From: a virus
Taxonomy: Duplodnaviria; Heunggongvirae; Uroviricota; Caudoviricetes
DNA length: 35,712 nucleotides
Strand: one strand, 5' to 3'
Virus record (IMG/VR): IMGVR_UViG_2563366825_000016
The stretch's first letter is position 1. Each line of letters begins with the position of its first letter. The position numbers were made by a program, and so were the translations under genes. Shown here in pieces: positions 1 to 8,342 of this stretch. The notes beneath the pieces were generated by a model. That model was not told the DNA's origin. It saw nothing but the letters and a program-made list of their open reading frames with translations, and made no database searches.

Positions 1-1164
1 TTACGCCTTCTTTATATCCTCCATAATTCCAGAGTGGGACATATTTGGGACATTATCACCAAAAATGTCGTCTATTTTCCTCGCATGCTCTGTCAAATGA
101 TTAGGCGCAAGGTGAGCATACCTACGAACCATTTCTATGGACTCCCATCCGCCCATTTCCTGAAGCACTGATAATGGGACGCCTGACTGAATCAGCCAGC
201 TTGCCCAGGTGTGTCTGAGGTCATGGAAACGGAAATCTTCAATTCCTGCACGACGACAAGCTGATAGCCATGATGTCTTGCTGTCGATGCGCATCTTCCT
301 GACCGCAGGCGTTGATGTTCCATCTGCTCGCTTAGCCGCCTTGGTATGTACAAACACCCATTTGTGATGCTTGCCTATTTGATCACGCAACACTTTACAG
401 GCGGTATCGTTCAGCGCCACACCAATGGCGCGGTTTGATTTGCTCTCTTCTGGATTCACCCAGGCAACTCGTCGCTGCATGTCGATTTGTTGCCATTCCA
501 GATTTATGATGTTCGACTTTCTCAGACCAGTTGCCAGCGCAAACTTGACGACAGATTTCAGTGGTTCGGGGCACTCATCAATAAGGCGTTTTGCTTCCTC
601 CTTTTCCAGCCATCTGACTCGCTTGTTTCTGACCGCTGGTATCTTGATGACAGGCGCTTTTTCCAGCCACTTCCAGTCGCGTTCTGCAGCACGGAGAATG
701 GCCTTTATCATGGCAAGATGCTTTGCCTTTGTCTGAGTTGATACTGGCTTTGGTTCATAAACAGGCGGTTCTTTACCTTTCCTGATGGCGGCCTGAACTT
801 TCTGTTTCCATATTTCTTTCGTCTTTCTGTTATGCATTCTGCTTACAGCAGAGTAAATCTTTGCCTCCGAGATATCTTTAAGCCTTATACCCTCAAAATG
901 TTCAAGCCAGAACTCAATCCGGCTTTTATCTGAATCGAGAGATTTTTTATCAGCTTTTTCCTCAAGCCATCTTAGGCAGGCCTCTTCAAAAGTGACATCA
1001 GGTAAATCCCCTAGCTTTTCTACTCGCCAGAGTTCTGCTTTTCGCTTGTCGTGCAACTCCTGAGCTTGCCGCTTGTCCTTTGTGCCAAGAGATTCCTTAA
1101 TTCGTTTCCCGCCCGGGAGCGAATACGAGGCATACCATATTTCATTTCTGCGGAAGAGTGACAT
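1..1164 (-). CDS. intD: Tyrosine recombinase / phage integrase (DLP12 IntD-like, 387 aa)
   Basis: Full-length ORF from track; C-terminal catalytic region HDLRHTWAS...[15 protein letters not shown] fits the tyrosine recombinase R-H-R-Y signature; N-terminus MSLFRR typical of P4-like integrases; size matches my recollection of DLP12 IntD. Confidence 0.93.
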   Translation of the reverse strand: MSLFRRNEIWYASYSLPGGKRIKESLGTKDKRQAQELHDKRKAELWRVEKLGDLPDVTFEEACLRWLEEKADKKSLDSDKSRIEFWLEHFEGIRLKDISEAKIYSAVSRMHNRKTKEIWKQKVQAAIRKGKEPPVYEPKPVSTQTKAKHLAMIKAILRAAERDWKWLEKAPVIKIPAVRNKRVRWLEKEEAKRLIDECPEPLKSVVKFALATGLRKSNIINLEWQQIDMQRRVAWVNPEESKSNRAIGVALNDTACKVLRDQIGKHHKWVFVHTKAAKRADGTSTPAVRKMRIDSKTSWLSACRRAGIEDFRFHDLRHTWASWLIQSGVPLSVLQEMGGWESIEMVRRYAHLAPNHLTEHARKIDDIFGDNVPNMSHSGIMEDIKKA

Positions 1165-1394
1165 TTTCTTTCCTCTGTTATGCCATCACCCGCGCTCACC
1201 TGGACAGTATGCAGCGGAGACTGAAGCGCCGCAATGCAGGCTTGCCGTGTTGTGAGGTAAGGAGATTTTGGCTTGGTTGGATCTTTACGTGTTGCCTGTA
1301 GGCGGCCTGTTCGTATCCAGTTGGTGGCGGTTGGTCTGGATATCTTAAGAAACTGACAGGCCTCATCGAGTGTGAGGCTGTATGATTCCATGGT
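1020..1394 (-). CDS. xis: Putative excisionase (AlpA/Xis-like HTH), start taken at internal Met MESYSL
   Basis: ORF immediately upstream of and overlapping int; segment [26 protein letters not shown] resembles AlpA/Xis helix-turn-helix; overlap with int is large (about 145 bp), so exact boundaries are uncertain. Confidence 0.5.
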   Translation of the reverse strand, partial: TMESYSLTLDEACQFLKISRPTATNWIRTGRLQATRKDPTKPKSPYLTTRQACIAALQSPLHTVQVSAGDGITEERKCHSSAEMKYGMPRIRSRAGNELRNLLAQRTSGKLRSCTTSEKQNSGE

Positions 1395-1641
1395 TACCTC
1401 TGCTTTTTGAACGCATGTCACGTAACTTCTTAATGTGTTCTGCCGTTTCGATCTCTTCTGCTATCCGATCTGCATCAGCTTTATTCACAGGTTCAAAGTC
1501 ATGATTAAAGCGGAACATGCTGGCGATACATGTTCTGCCTTTTCGGATGTAGTGAACTTTGTTGTGGGTAGAACGCAGGATTTTGCAGGGAGTGCCGTGG
1601 TGGTCGACGTACCAGGTGTTAGGAAAAATGATTCTGAACAT
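1363..1641 (-). CDS. Hypothetical early-left protein (92 aa)
   Basis: ORF with GAGGTG Shine-Dalgarno-like sequence about 7 nt upstream of ATG; same strand as the int-exo operon; no domain recognised. Confidence 0.45.
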   Translation of the reverse strand: MFRIIFPNTWYVDHHGTPCKILRSTHNKVHYIRKGRTCIASMFRFNHDFEPVNKADADRIAEEIETAEHIKKLRDMRSKSRGNHGIIQPHTR

Positions 1642-1688
1642 TTTTACACCTCAGTTGGACGATGTTGAAATTTGCTGCTTTGAGGCCA

Positions 1689-1907
1689 TCACAGTCCCCA
1701 TTGTTTGTTCTTAAGTTCGATCTCCTCCTGGCAACTCGCACAAGTTCGACAACCCTGAACAGCCAGGCGTCTTCGCTCATCTATCGGATCGCCACACTCA
1801 CAACAATGAGTTGCGGATACAGTCTGGTAGTTCAGACGACGCATTTTTATTGCTGTATTGCGCTGTAATTCTTCGATTTCTGATGCTGAATCAATGATGT
1901 CTGCCAT
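1689..1907 (-). CDS. TraR/DksA-family C4 zinc-finger protein (72 aa)
   Basis: Four-cysteine motif CCECGDPIDERRRLAVQGCRTCASC (CxxC...CxxC) typical of phage TraR/DksA-like zinc fingers. Confidence 0.7.
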   Translation of the reverse strand: MADIIDSASEIEELQRNTAIKMRRLNYQTVSATHCCECGDPIDERRRLAVQGCRTCASCQEEIELKNKQWGL

Positions 1908-1961
1908 CTTTCATTAATCCCTGAATTGTTGGTTAATACGCTTGAGGGTAAATGCGAATAA

Positions 1962-1983
1962 TAAAAAAGGAGCCTGTAGCTCC
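1962..1983 (-). terminator. Putative intrinsic terminator within the leftward early operon
   Basis: Hairpin GGAGC-CTGTA-GCTCC at 1969-1983; on the minus strand it is followed by a U-run (complement of TAAAAAA at 1962-1968). Confidence 0.4.
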
Positions 1984-2005
1984 CTGATGATTTTGCTTTT
2001 CATGT

Positions 2006-2287
2006 TCACCGTTCCTTAAAGACGCCGTTCAACATGCCGATCGCCAGGCTTAAATGAGTCGGTGTGAATCCCATCAGCGTTACCGTTTCGCGGTGCTTCT
2101 TTAGTACGCTACGGCAAATGTCATCGACGTTTTTATCCGGAAAATGCTGTCTGGCTTTTTTGATTTCAGAATTAGCCTGACGGGCAATGCTGCGAAGGGC
2201 GTTTTCTTGCTGAGGTGTCATTGAACAAGCCCCATGTCGGCAAGCATAAGCACACAGAATATGAAGCCCGCTGCCAGAAAAATGCAT
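2006..2287 (-). CDS. Hypothetical small protein (start uncertain; possibly the internal Met MTPQQ)
   Basis: ORF in the early-left operon between exo and int; no strong RBS identified. Confidence 0.35.
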   Translation of the reverse strand: MHFSGSGLHILCAYACRHGACSMTPQQENALRSIARQANSEIKKARQHFPDKNVDDICRSVLKKHRETVTLMGFTPTHLSLAIGMLNGVFKER

Positions 2288-2297
2288 TCAGTGGTTG

Positions 2298-2489
2298 TCA
2301 TACCTGGTCTCTCTCATCTGCTTCTGCTTTCGCCACCATCATTTCCAGCTTTTGTGAAAGGGATGTGGCTAACGTATGAAATTCTTCGTCTGTTTCTACT
2401 GGTATTGGCACAAACCTGACTCCAATTTGAGCAAGGCTATGTGCCATCTCAATACTCGTTCTTAACTCAACAGGAGATGCTTTGTGCAT
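2298..2489 (-). CDS. Hypothetical small acidic protein (63 aa)
   Basis: ORF preceded by GGGAGG about 6 nt upstream of ATG; position equivalent to lambda ea-region small genes. Confidence 0.5.
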   Translation of the reverse strand: MHKASPVELRTSIEMAHSLAQIGVRFVPIPVETDEEFHTLATSLSQKLEMMVAKAEADERDQV

Positions 2490-2640
2490 ACCGCCTCCCG
2501 TTTATTATTTATCTTCTCAGCCAGCCGCTGTGCTTTCAGGGGATTTCTGATAACAGAAAGGCCGGGAAATACCCAGCCTCGCTTTGTAACGGAGTAGACG
2601 AAAGTGATCGCGCCTACCCGGATATTATCGTGAGGATGCG

Positions 2641-3321
2641 TCATCGCCATTGCTCCCCAAATACAAAACCAATTTCAGCCAGTGCCTCGTCCATTTTTTC
2701 GATGAACTCCGGCACCATCTCGTCAAAACTCGCCATGTACTTTTCATTCCGCTCAATCACGACATAATGCAGGCCTTCACGCTTCATGCGCGGGTCATAG
2801 TTGGCAAAGTACCAGGCATCTTTTCGCGTCACCCACATGCTGTACTGCACCTGGGCCATGTAAGCCGATTTTATTGCCTCGAAACCACCGAGCCGGAATT
2901 TCATGAAATCCCGGGAGGTAAACGGGCATTTCAGTTCAAGGCCGTTGCCGTCACTGCATAAACCATCGGGAGAGCAGGCGGTGCGCATACTTTCGTCGCG
3001 ATAGATGATCGGGGATTCAGTAATATTCACGCCGGAAGTGAATTCAAACAGGGTTCTGGCGTCGTTCTCGTACTGTTTTCCCCAGGCCAGCGCCTTAGCA
3101 TTAACTTCCGGAGCCACACCGGTGCAAACCTCAGCCAGCAGGGTGTGGAAGTAGGACATTTTCATGTCAGGCCACTTCTTTCCTGAGCGGGGCTTTGCTA
3201 TCACGTTGTGAACTTCTGAAGCGGTGATGACGCCGAGCCGTAATTTGTGCCATGCATCATCCCCCTGTTCGACAGCTCTCACGTCGATCCCGGTACGCTG
3301 CAGGATAATGTCCGGTATCAT
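2641..3321 (-). CDS. exo: Lambda-type 5'-3' exonuclease (Red alpha), 226 aa
   Basis: Translation [44 protein letters not shown]... matches my recollection of lambda Exo almost residue for residue; same length. Confidence 0.96.
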   Translation of the reverse strand: MIPDIILQRTGIDVRAVEQGDDAWHKLRLGVITASEVHNVIAKPRSGKKWPDMKMSYFHTLLAEVCTGVAPEVNAKALAWGKQYENDARTLFEFTSGVNITESPIIYRDESMRTACSPDGLCSDGNGLELKCPFTSRDFMKFRLGGFEAIKSAYMAQVQYSMWVTRKDAWYFANYDPRMKREGLHYVVIERNEKYMASFDEMVPEFIEKMDEALAEIGFVFGEQWR

Positions 3322-4103
3322 GCTGCCACCTTCTGCTCAGTGGCTTTCTGTTTCAGGAATCCAAGAGCTTTCACTGCTTCGGCCTGTGTCAGTTCTGACG
3401 ATGCGCGAATGTCGCGGCGAAATATCTGGGAACAGAGCGGCAATAAGTCGTCATCCCATGTTTTATCCAGGGCGATCAGCAGAGTGTTAATCTCCTGCAT
3501 GGTTTCATCGTTAACCGGAGTGATGTCGCGTTCTGGCTGACGTTCTGCAGTGTATGCAGTATTTTCGACAATGCGCTCGGCTTCATCCTTGTCATAGATA
3601 CCAGCAAATCCGAAGGCCAGACGGGCACACTGAATCATGGCTTTATGCCGTAACATCCGTTTGGGATGCGACTGCCACGGCCCCGTGATTTCTCTGCCTT
3701 CGCGGGTTTTGAATGGTTCGCGGCGGCATTCATCCATCCATTCGGTAACGCAGATCGGATGATTACGGTCCTTGCGGTAAATCCGGCATGTACAGGATTC
3801 ATTGTCCTGCTCAAAGTCCATGCCATCAAACTGCTGGTTTTCATTGATGATGCGGGACCAGCCATCAACGCCCACCACCGGAACAATGCCGTTCTGCTTA
3901 TCAGGGAAGGCGTAAATTTCTTTCGTCCACGGATTAAGGCCGTATTGGTTGGCGACGATCAGCAATGCGATGAACTGCGCATCGCTGGCATCGCCTTTAA
4001 ATGCTGTCTGGCGAAGAGTGGTGATCAGTTCCTGTGGGTCGACAGAATCCATGCCGACACGTTCAGCCAGCTTCCCTGCCAGCGTTGCGAGTGCTGTACT
4101 CAT
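3318..4103 (-). CDS. bet: Lambda-type single-strand annealing protein (Red beta), 261 aa
   Basis: Translation [66 protein letters not shown]... matches lambda Bet; 4-bp overlap (ATGA) with exo start. Confidence 0.96.
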   Translation of the reverse strand: MSTALATLAGKLAERVGMDSVDPQELITTLRQTAFKGDASDAQFIALLIVANQYGLNPWTKEIYAFPDKQNGIVPVVGVDGWSRIINENQQFDGMDFEQDNESCTCRIYRKDRNHPICVTEWMDECRREPFKTREGREITGPWQSHPKRMLRHKAMIQCARLAFGFAGIYDKDEAERIVENTAYTAERQPERDITPVNDETMQEINTLLIALDKTWDDDLLPLCSQIFRRDIRASSELTQAEAVKALGFLKQKATEQKVAA

Positions 4104-4108
4104 CCGTT

Positions 4109-4405
4109 TTATACCTCTGAATCAATATCAACCTGGTGGCGGGCAATAGTTTCAACCATGTACCGGATGTGTTCTGCCATGCGTTCCTGAAACTCAACAT
4201 CGTCATCAAACGCACGGGTAATGGCTTTTTTGCTGGCCCCGTGGCGTTGCAAATGATCGATGCATAGCGATTCAAACAGGTGCTGGGGCAGGCCTTTTTC
4301 CATGTCGTCTGCCAGTTCTGCCTCTTTCTCTTCACGGGCGATCTGCTGGTAGTGACGCGCCCAGCTCTGAGCCTCAAGACGATCCTGAATGTAATAAGCG
4401 TTCAT
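4109..4405 (-). CDS. gam: Gam (RecBCD inhibitor), short 98-aa form
   Basis: [60 protein letters not shown]... matches the C-terminal 98 aa of lambda Gam; AGGAG about 5 nt upstream of ATG; the upstream sequence diverges so the long form is not encoded. Confidence 0.9.
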   Translation of the reverse strand: MNAYYIQDRLEAQSWARHYQQIAREEKEAELADDMEKGLPQHLFESLCIDHLQRHGASKKAITRAFDDDVEFQERMAEHIRYMVETIARHQVDIDSEV

Positions 4406-4480
4406 GGCTGAACTCCTGAAAATGGCTGTGAAAATATCGCCCGCGAAATGCCAGGCTGATTAGGAAAACAGGAAAGGGGA

Positions 4481-4687
4481 TTAGTGATTCAGGCCGTTAC
4501 CGCGTCCGTCGAGAAAAACTTCTACGAGCAAATCACGGGTATAAGTGCGCTCGATGCCGCGATGCAGATAAAGCCGTCCGCGTAAATTAGCTGATGCAGT
4601 CCAGGTACCATCTTTGTGTTTGACCAGCATTCCTGGCATGACCGCACCTCGATTAACGGTCTGCGTTCCGTAATGTTGATGAACCAT
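4481..4687 (-). CDS. Hypothetical small protein (kil/cIII position), 68 aa from internal ATG
   Basis: ORF 4481..4723 on track; AGGAG followed 7 nt later by ATG (MVHQHYGT...) supports start at 4687; function not recognised. Confidence 0.5.
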   Translation of the reverse strand: MVHQHYGTQTVNRGAVMPGMLVKHKDGTWTASANLRGRLYLHRGIERTYTRDLLVEVFLDGRGNGLNH

Positions 4688-4892
4688 AAAAAACTCCTGC
4701 CCGTAAGCTGGGCTGCTGAACATATTGAGACTTCTGCGCGTATTCAGGCGGTGGATGGCCGCCGGTTGTCATAACTAAGTCGCCTCGTTGAAGCGACTGA
4801 GGTATGAAGTGTTGAGTTGATTTCAGCTGGTCACACCGACGTTCACGCGTCCGCTTCACCCCTCGCACTCCCCGGAGTCTGCTGAAATTCAA

Positions 4893-5130
4893 GCTGCGGA
4901 TCTAAGCGGTCATCGCAACGGTGAATCAGGTGGTTGCCGTATCGTTGTGTTGTTGCGATATGGTGATAATAGCTATTGCTATTGGTGATATCAATACTTA
5001 TCGCTATTGGCTGATGTGTTTTGATATTAAATGTTTGATAGCAAAAAGAATTAATTTTGTGACTTGCATCGCATAGCGATAACTGAAGCGGGGGTTATGG
5101 TGGTTTTTCGAACGGTTTGTGTGATGAGGG
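4893..5130 (-). promoter_or_regulatory. Putative leftward early promoter/operator region (pL/OL equivalent)
   Basis: About 240 bp without a convincing ORF between the cI operon terminator and the early-left genes; contains repeated GCTATTG(G) at 4972-4978, 4978-4985 and 5003-5010, and a palindrome ATCGCATAGCGAT near 5068-5080; the 9-mer TTGCTATTG also occurs in the cI-cro intergenic region. Confidence 0.45.
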
Positions 5131-5163
5131 GGAGGCAAAAGAAAACCCGGCACGGTGGCCGGG
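5131..5163 (-). terminator. Intrinsic terminator downstream of the cI-moron operon
   Basis: Hairpin CCCGGC-ACGGTG-GCCGGG at 5146-5163; on the minus strand it is followed by TTTTCTTTTG; sits 9 bp after the stop of the 310-aa gene. Confidence 0.5.
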
Positions 5164-5171
5164 TAGCATCA

Positions 5172-6104
5172 CTATTCGATTTTTTTAACCATGTAGTTAC
5201 GTCGTGATGTTCCTAATCTTTCATTGTGAATCTCAGAAACGCTTACTACGAGCGATATTCGTTCACCAACTTTATATTTACTTTGAATTTCTCCTAACAT
5301 ATCAATCGGATAAGAAGCCTTTATTTTTCCAAGCTCGCTTGCAATCTCCAATTTCCCGTACATGGATAAAATAGCAAGTTCGCCTGATATATGCTCATCC
5401 GGTAGCTGAATGACCTTCGTTAAAGCTAAGCGAGCATTCAGTTTTTTTATATCTTCTGAAGAAATTGACACTTGTCTGGTACCATCACTTAAAGGTCCAA
5501 TCCAAGTAAGATCAAAGTTAAGACTATATTTTTCGCACTCATTTATGATGTTTTTTAGGTTAGCTGTTGATTGCGAACCAATTTCGGCAATTTTAGCCGT
5601 GAATGTTTCTTCATCAATGGATGAGAGTAGTGCAAAAATCTCCTTAACAGCATGACTGGATACTGTTTCGATGAGCTCGCAAGAACCAGTAGAAAAAGTA
5701 ACACCTAACTTCGTCGAACCTGGACGCAAGTCTGCCAATCTCATGTCTAATGATTTTTTAACATCAATCGGCACACGACTAGAATCTTTCCCAGATCCAA
5801 GTCGGTAAACTGCTTTCTGTACAAGGGATGCGAGATTACCTGAAATTACAGATAGAATATCTAACGGAATAGACCCGAAATCGACCAAAACACCTTTTAA
5901 TCTCAACTCCATGAAATCACGTAAAGGATGTTGGTTATCGATTGCACGTTGTCTCTCTCGGAGATCGCTCAGATGGGAGTCAAGTGATCTAAATATAATG
6001 TCATCAGCAAATGATCTCCCCTTATTTTGAGCAAGCAGATCCACATCGCGTTGAATGAACGCAATTCGCTCCTTGAGGGAGTTGAATGTTTTTTCTTCGC
6101 TCAT
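5172..6104 (-). CDS. Unknown 310-aa protein, second gene of a two-gene module downstream of cI
   Basis: Long ORF; start ATG overlaps the stop of the upstream gene (ATGA, translational coupling); GAGGGT about 7 nt upstream; AT-rich relative to the lambda-like flanks; no domain recognised from sequence. Confidence 0.8.
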   Translation of the reverse strand: MSEEKTFNSLKERIAFIQRDVDLLAQNKGRSFADDIIFRSLDSHLSDLRERQRAIDNQHPLRDFMELRLKGVLVDFGSIPLDILSVISGNLASLVQKAVYRLGSGKDSSRVPIDVKKSLDMRLADLRPGSTKLGVTFSTGSCELIETVSSHAVKEIFALLSSIDEETFTAKIAEIGSQSTANLKNIINECEKYSLNFDLTWIGPLSDGTRQVSISSEDIKKLNARLALTKVIQLPDEHISGELAILSMYGKLEIASELGKIKASYPIDMLGEIQSKYKVGERISLVVSVSEIHNERLGTSRRNYMVKKIE

Positions 6105-6574
6105 AACATTACCCTCACGAGGCCTTTAGGATTCTCCTTCCGATCAAAACCAAACCACCCTCTCCAGTAACTTCGCCTTTCACTATAATCGATTTCTGGA
6201 TGATTTTCAGGCAGCAAAAGAACGTCAATGCTGTAGTTTTCTTTAATAAAATCTCTATTTAACAATGAGCTAACCAATGGCATCAGCGTGTTTGGCAAAG
6301 AGTTTAGGGCCAAATAATCGACGACCACGAGTATATCTATGTCATCAGGTTCAGGTTTCTCTGTAGTGAATGAACCATCGATCCACACTTCAGAGAAACA
6401 TAGACACTGCTGATTAACAAGTTTAAATTGCTCAATAAGCTGTATAAAATTACAGTATAGCATACTTCTTCTAACGGATTTTGGGAAGGTGTCGACACAA
6501 AGAGACTTGATGCCATCACTATCCATATCATGAAATCCTGCTGTAAGAAGAGGTGGGAAGCTAGGCTTTTCCAT
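6101..6574 (-). CDS. 157-aa protein with nucleotidyltransferase-fold-like motif, first gene of the two-gene module downstream of cI
   Basis: AAGGA RBS about 6 nt upstream of ATG; motif WIDGSFTTEKPEPDDIDILVVVD fits the pol-beta-type nucleotidyltransferase signature G[SG]-x9-13-DxD; located 81 bp downstream of the cI stop on the same strand. Confidence 0.8.
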   Translation of the reverse strand: MEKPSFPPLLTAGFHDMDSDGIKSLCVDTFPKSVRRSMLYCNFIQLIEQFKLVNQQCLCFSEVWIDGSFTTEKPEPDDIDILVVVDYLALNSLPNTLMPLVSSLLNRDFIKENYSIDVLLLPENHPEIDYSERRSYWRGWFGFDRKENPKGLVRVML

Positions 6575-6655
6575 CCTAAGTCCTTGTTTATGCCATATAG
6601 CGTTCTATTTAATATTCTTGAAAAGAGTGTGCCTTAAAAAGCTACAGGCTAATTA

Positions 6656-7348
6656 TTAACCATGCTTCCTGTACGTCTGCGGCATGCTCCCAATAACCTT
6701 ACCGAAGATGAACACCCGGTTCATCTCGTCTTTCTCGATCGGGTCCCACGGTGAGTAGCTCTTGTTATCAGAGATAACCAGTAGCTTATCTTTCATCATT
6801 TGCAGGCGCTTTACATGGGCTGTGTCGTCGTACAGAAACGCATAGATACCATCACCGTCGAAAGATTTAACCGTGATATCAACGAACAGCAGATCACCTG
6901 GTTCGATCGTTCCTGACATGCTGTCACCACGCACGTTAATGATGCGGATATTTTCCGCCTTCCTGCCATCGAACATGTGACGAGCATCGTCAAACGAGTA
7001 CTCAACCGAGCGTAGAACTTCTACAAACTCACGGTTGATTACACCCGGCCCGGCACTGACTTCTATATCAAGAACGTCAATTTTGAAGTATTTGGAATGG
7101 CTGACAGCAGGCTTCCCTGATTGTTGACCGTCATTTCTCATCGGGCCTATGCCTGATGAGAGCCATTCTGTTCGAACACCCAATGCATTAGCTATTTCAA
7201 CAATTTTTGTTGAGCCGCGCGCGTTGCCGCTTGTCAGTCTCCAGATTGTGGGTTGAGCTACGCCAGACGCCTTTGCAAGAGCGCCTTGAGACATTCCAGA
7301 TTGTTCCATCGCTAGGTTTAAGCGATCAGCAAGAGTTTCTTTTTTCAT
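6656..7348 (-). CDS. cI: CI-type prophage repressor (HTH + LexA-like S24 peptidase domain)
   Basis: N-terminal HTH (SQGALAKASGVAQPTIWRL); C-terminal autocleavage motifs VRGDSMSGTIEPGDLLFVD and HVKRL (Ser/Lys dyad); track start at 7384 is TTG, so I place the start at the ATG (MKKETLADRL) at 7348. Confidence 0.88.
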   Translation of the reverse strand: MKKETLADRLNLAMEQSGMSQGALAKASGVAQPTIWRLTSGNARGSTKIVEIANALGVRTEWLSSGIGPMRNDGQQSGKPAVSHSKYFKIDVLDIEVSAGPGVINREFVEVLRSVEYSFDDARHMFDGRKAENIRIINVRGDSMSGTIEPGDLLFVDITVKSFDGDGIYAFLYDDTAHVKRLQMMKDKLLVISDNKSYSPWDPIEKDEMNRVFIFGKVIGSMPQTYRKHG

Positions 7349-7458
7349 AAGTTTTAATTTATACGCTTGCGTATTGATGGTCAAAACATGTTTTGCTATT
7401 GCTTGGATTAATACGCATTGCTATTATTCATTCATTGCAATACCAATAGGAATTGATA
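7349..7458. promoter_or_regulatory. Divergent cI/cro promoter-operator region (OR/PRM/PR equivalent)
   Basis: Intergenic region between divergent repressor genes; inverted repeat ATACGC-TT-GCGTAT at 7361-7374; second ATACGCA at 7411-7417; TTGCTATTG at 7393-7401 and TTGCTATTA at 7418-7426. Confidence 0.6.
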
Positions 7459-7686
7459 ATGACAAATCAAACCATTCAACTCGCAATCAGTATTACAGGT
7501 AGTCAAAAACGACTGGCAGATCTATGCGGTGTAGCCCAACCCACTGTTTGGCGTTGGCTACACGGTGGCGGAATTGATGCCCGCTATGTAATGAAAATTG
7601 TCTCAGCCACTGGTGGAAAGATTAAACCAGCAGATATTCGTCCCGACCTCGCACCATTGTTTAACGCGAGTAATTCTGCCGCCTAA
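7459..7686 (+). CDS. cro: Cro-like HTH regulator (75 aa from the ATG)
   Basis: Small HTH protein (QKRLADLCGVAQPTVWRWL) divergent from cI; AGGA about 9 nt upstream of ATG at 7459. Confidence 0.8.
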   Translation: MTNQTIQLAISITGSQKRLADLCGVAQPTVWRWLHGGGIDARYVMKIVSATGGKIKPADIRPDLAPLFNASNSAA

Positions 7687-7710
7687 ACTGCGGCGTTAAC
7701 TGATAAGGCA

Positions 7711-8256
7711 ATGACTATGCAACCACTTACATACCAACAGACTAGCGGATTTATCCCGACTGCGGTGATAAATCGTTCTCAAATAAAACAGGTGCCAGGC
7801 CACGAAAAAATCCGTGATGCCATCCGCGCCTGGTCGGCTGTAGATAATCAGGATGTCGTTGCCGCACTCATTGTGAATGAGTATCGAGCACAGGGCGGCG
7901 GCACTATCGATTTTCCTGATGATGTCAGTCGTGCACGCCAGAAGCTGTTCCGCTTTCTCGATAACAAATTCGATTCTGAAAAATACCGAAATAACGTGCG
8001 TGAACTGACTCCAGCAATTCTGGCAGTACTACCGCTGAAATATCGCGGCCACCTGGTTGAGCAGGATAGCTTCATGGCTCGGCTGGCTGAAATGGAAAAG
8101 GAACTCAGTGAGGCAAAACAGGCTGTCATTCTCAACGCACCACGCCACCAGAAACTGAAGGAGATGAGTGAAGGCATTGTGTCGATGTTTCGTGTGGACC
8201 CGGATTTGGCTGGTCCATTAATGGCGATGGTGACCACCATGCTGGGGGCAATATGA
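7711..8256 (+). CDS. 181-aa protein in the cII position (possibly YdaT-like regulator)
   Basis: ORF starting 24 bp after cro; family assignment is from vague recollection only. Confidence 0.65.
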   Translation: MTMQPLTYQQTSGFIPTAVINRSQIKQVPGHEKIRDAIRAWSAVDNQDVVAALIVNEYRAQGGGTIDFPDDVSRARQKLFRFLDNKFDSEKYRNNVRELTPAILAVLPLKYRGHLVEQDSFMARLAEMEKELSEAKQAVILNAPRHQKLKEMSEGIVSMFRVDPDLAGPLMAMVTTMLGAI

Positions 8257-8342
8257 CAGGTTCAGAAATGGCGAAAGTCGGTCTGCGGGAACAGAACCGA
8301 CTTTCAGGTGCAAATCGTAACACACTCATTGCGGGAGGAATT

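Noticed and set aside
425-741. Two plus-strand ORFs (103 and 84 aa) inside the integrase gene
   Set aside because: Antisense to a well-supported, full-length integrase ORF; no RBS or recognisable domain; typical spurious ORFs.
2462-2650. 62-aa minus-strand ORF overlapping the 63-aa ORF (2298-2489) and the exo stop
   Set aside because: Competes with the 2298-2489 ORF, which has a better-spaced RBS; may still be real, but not supported well enough to list as a feature.
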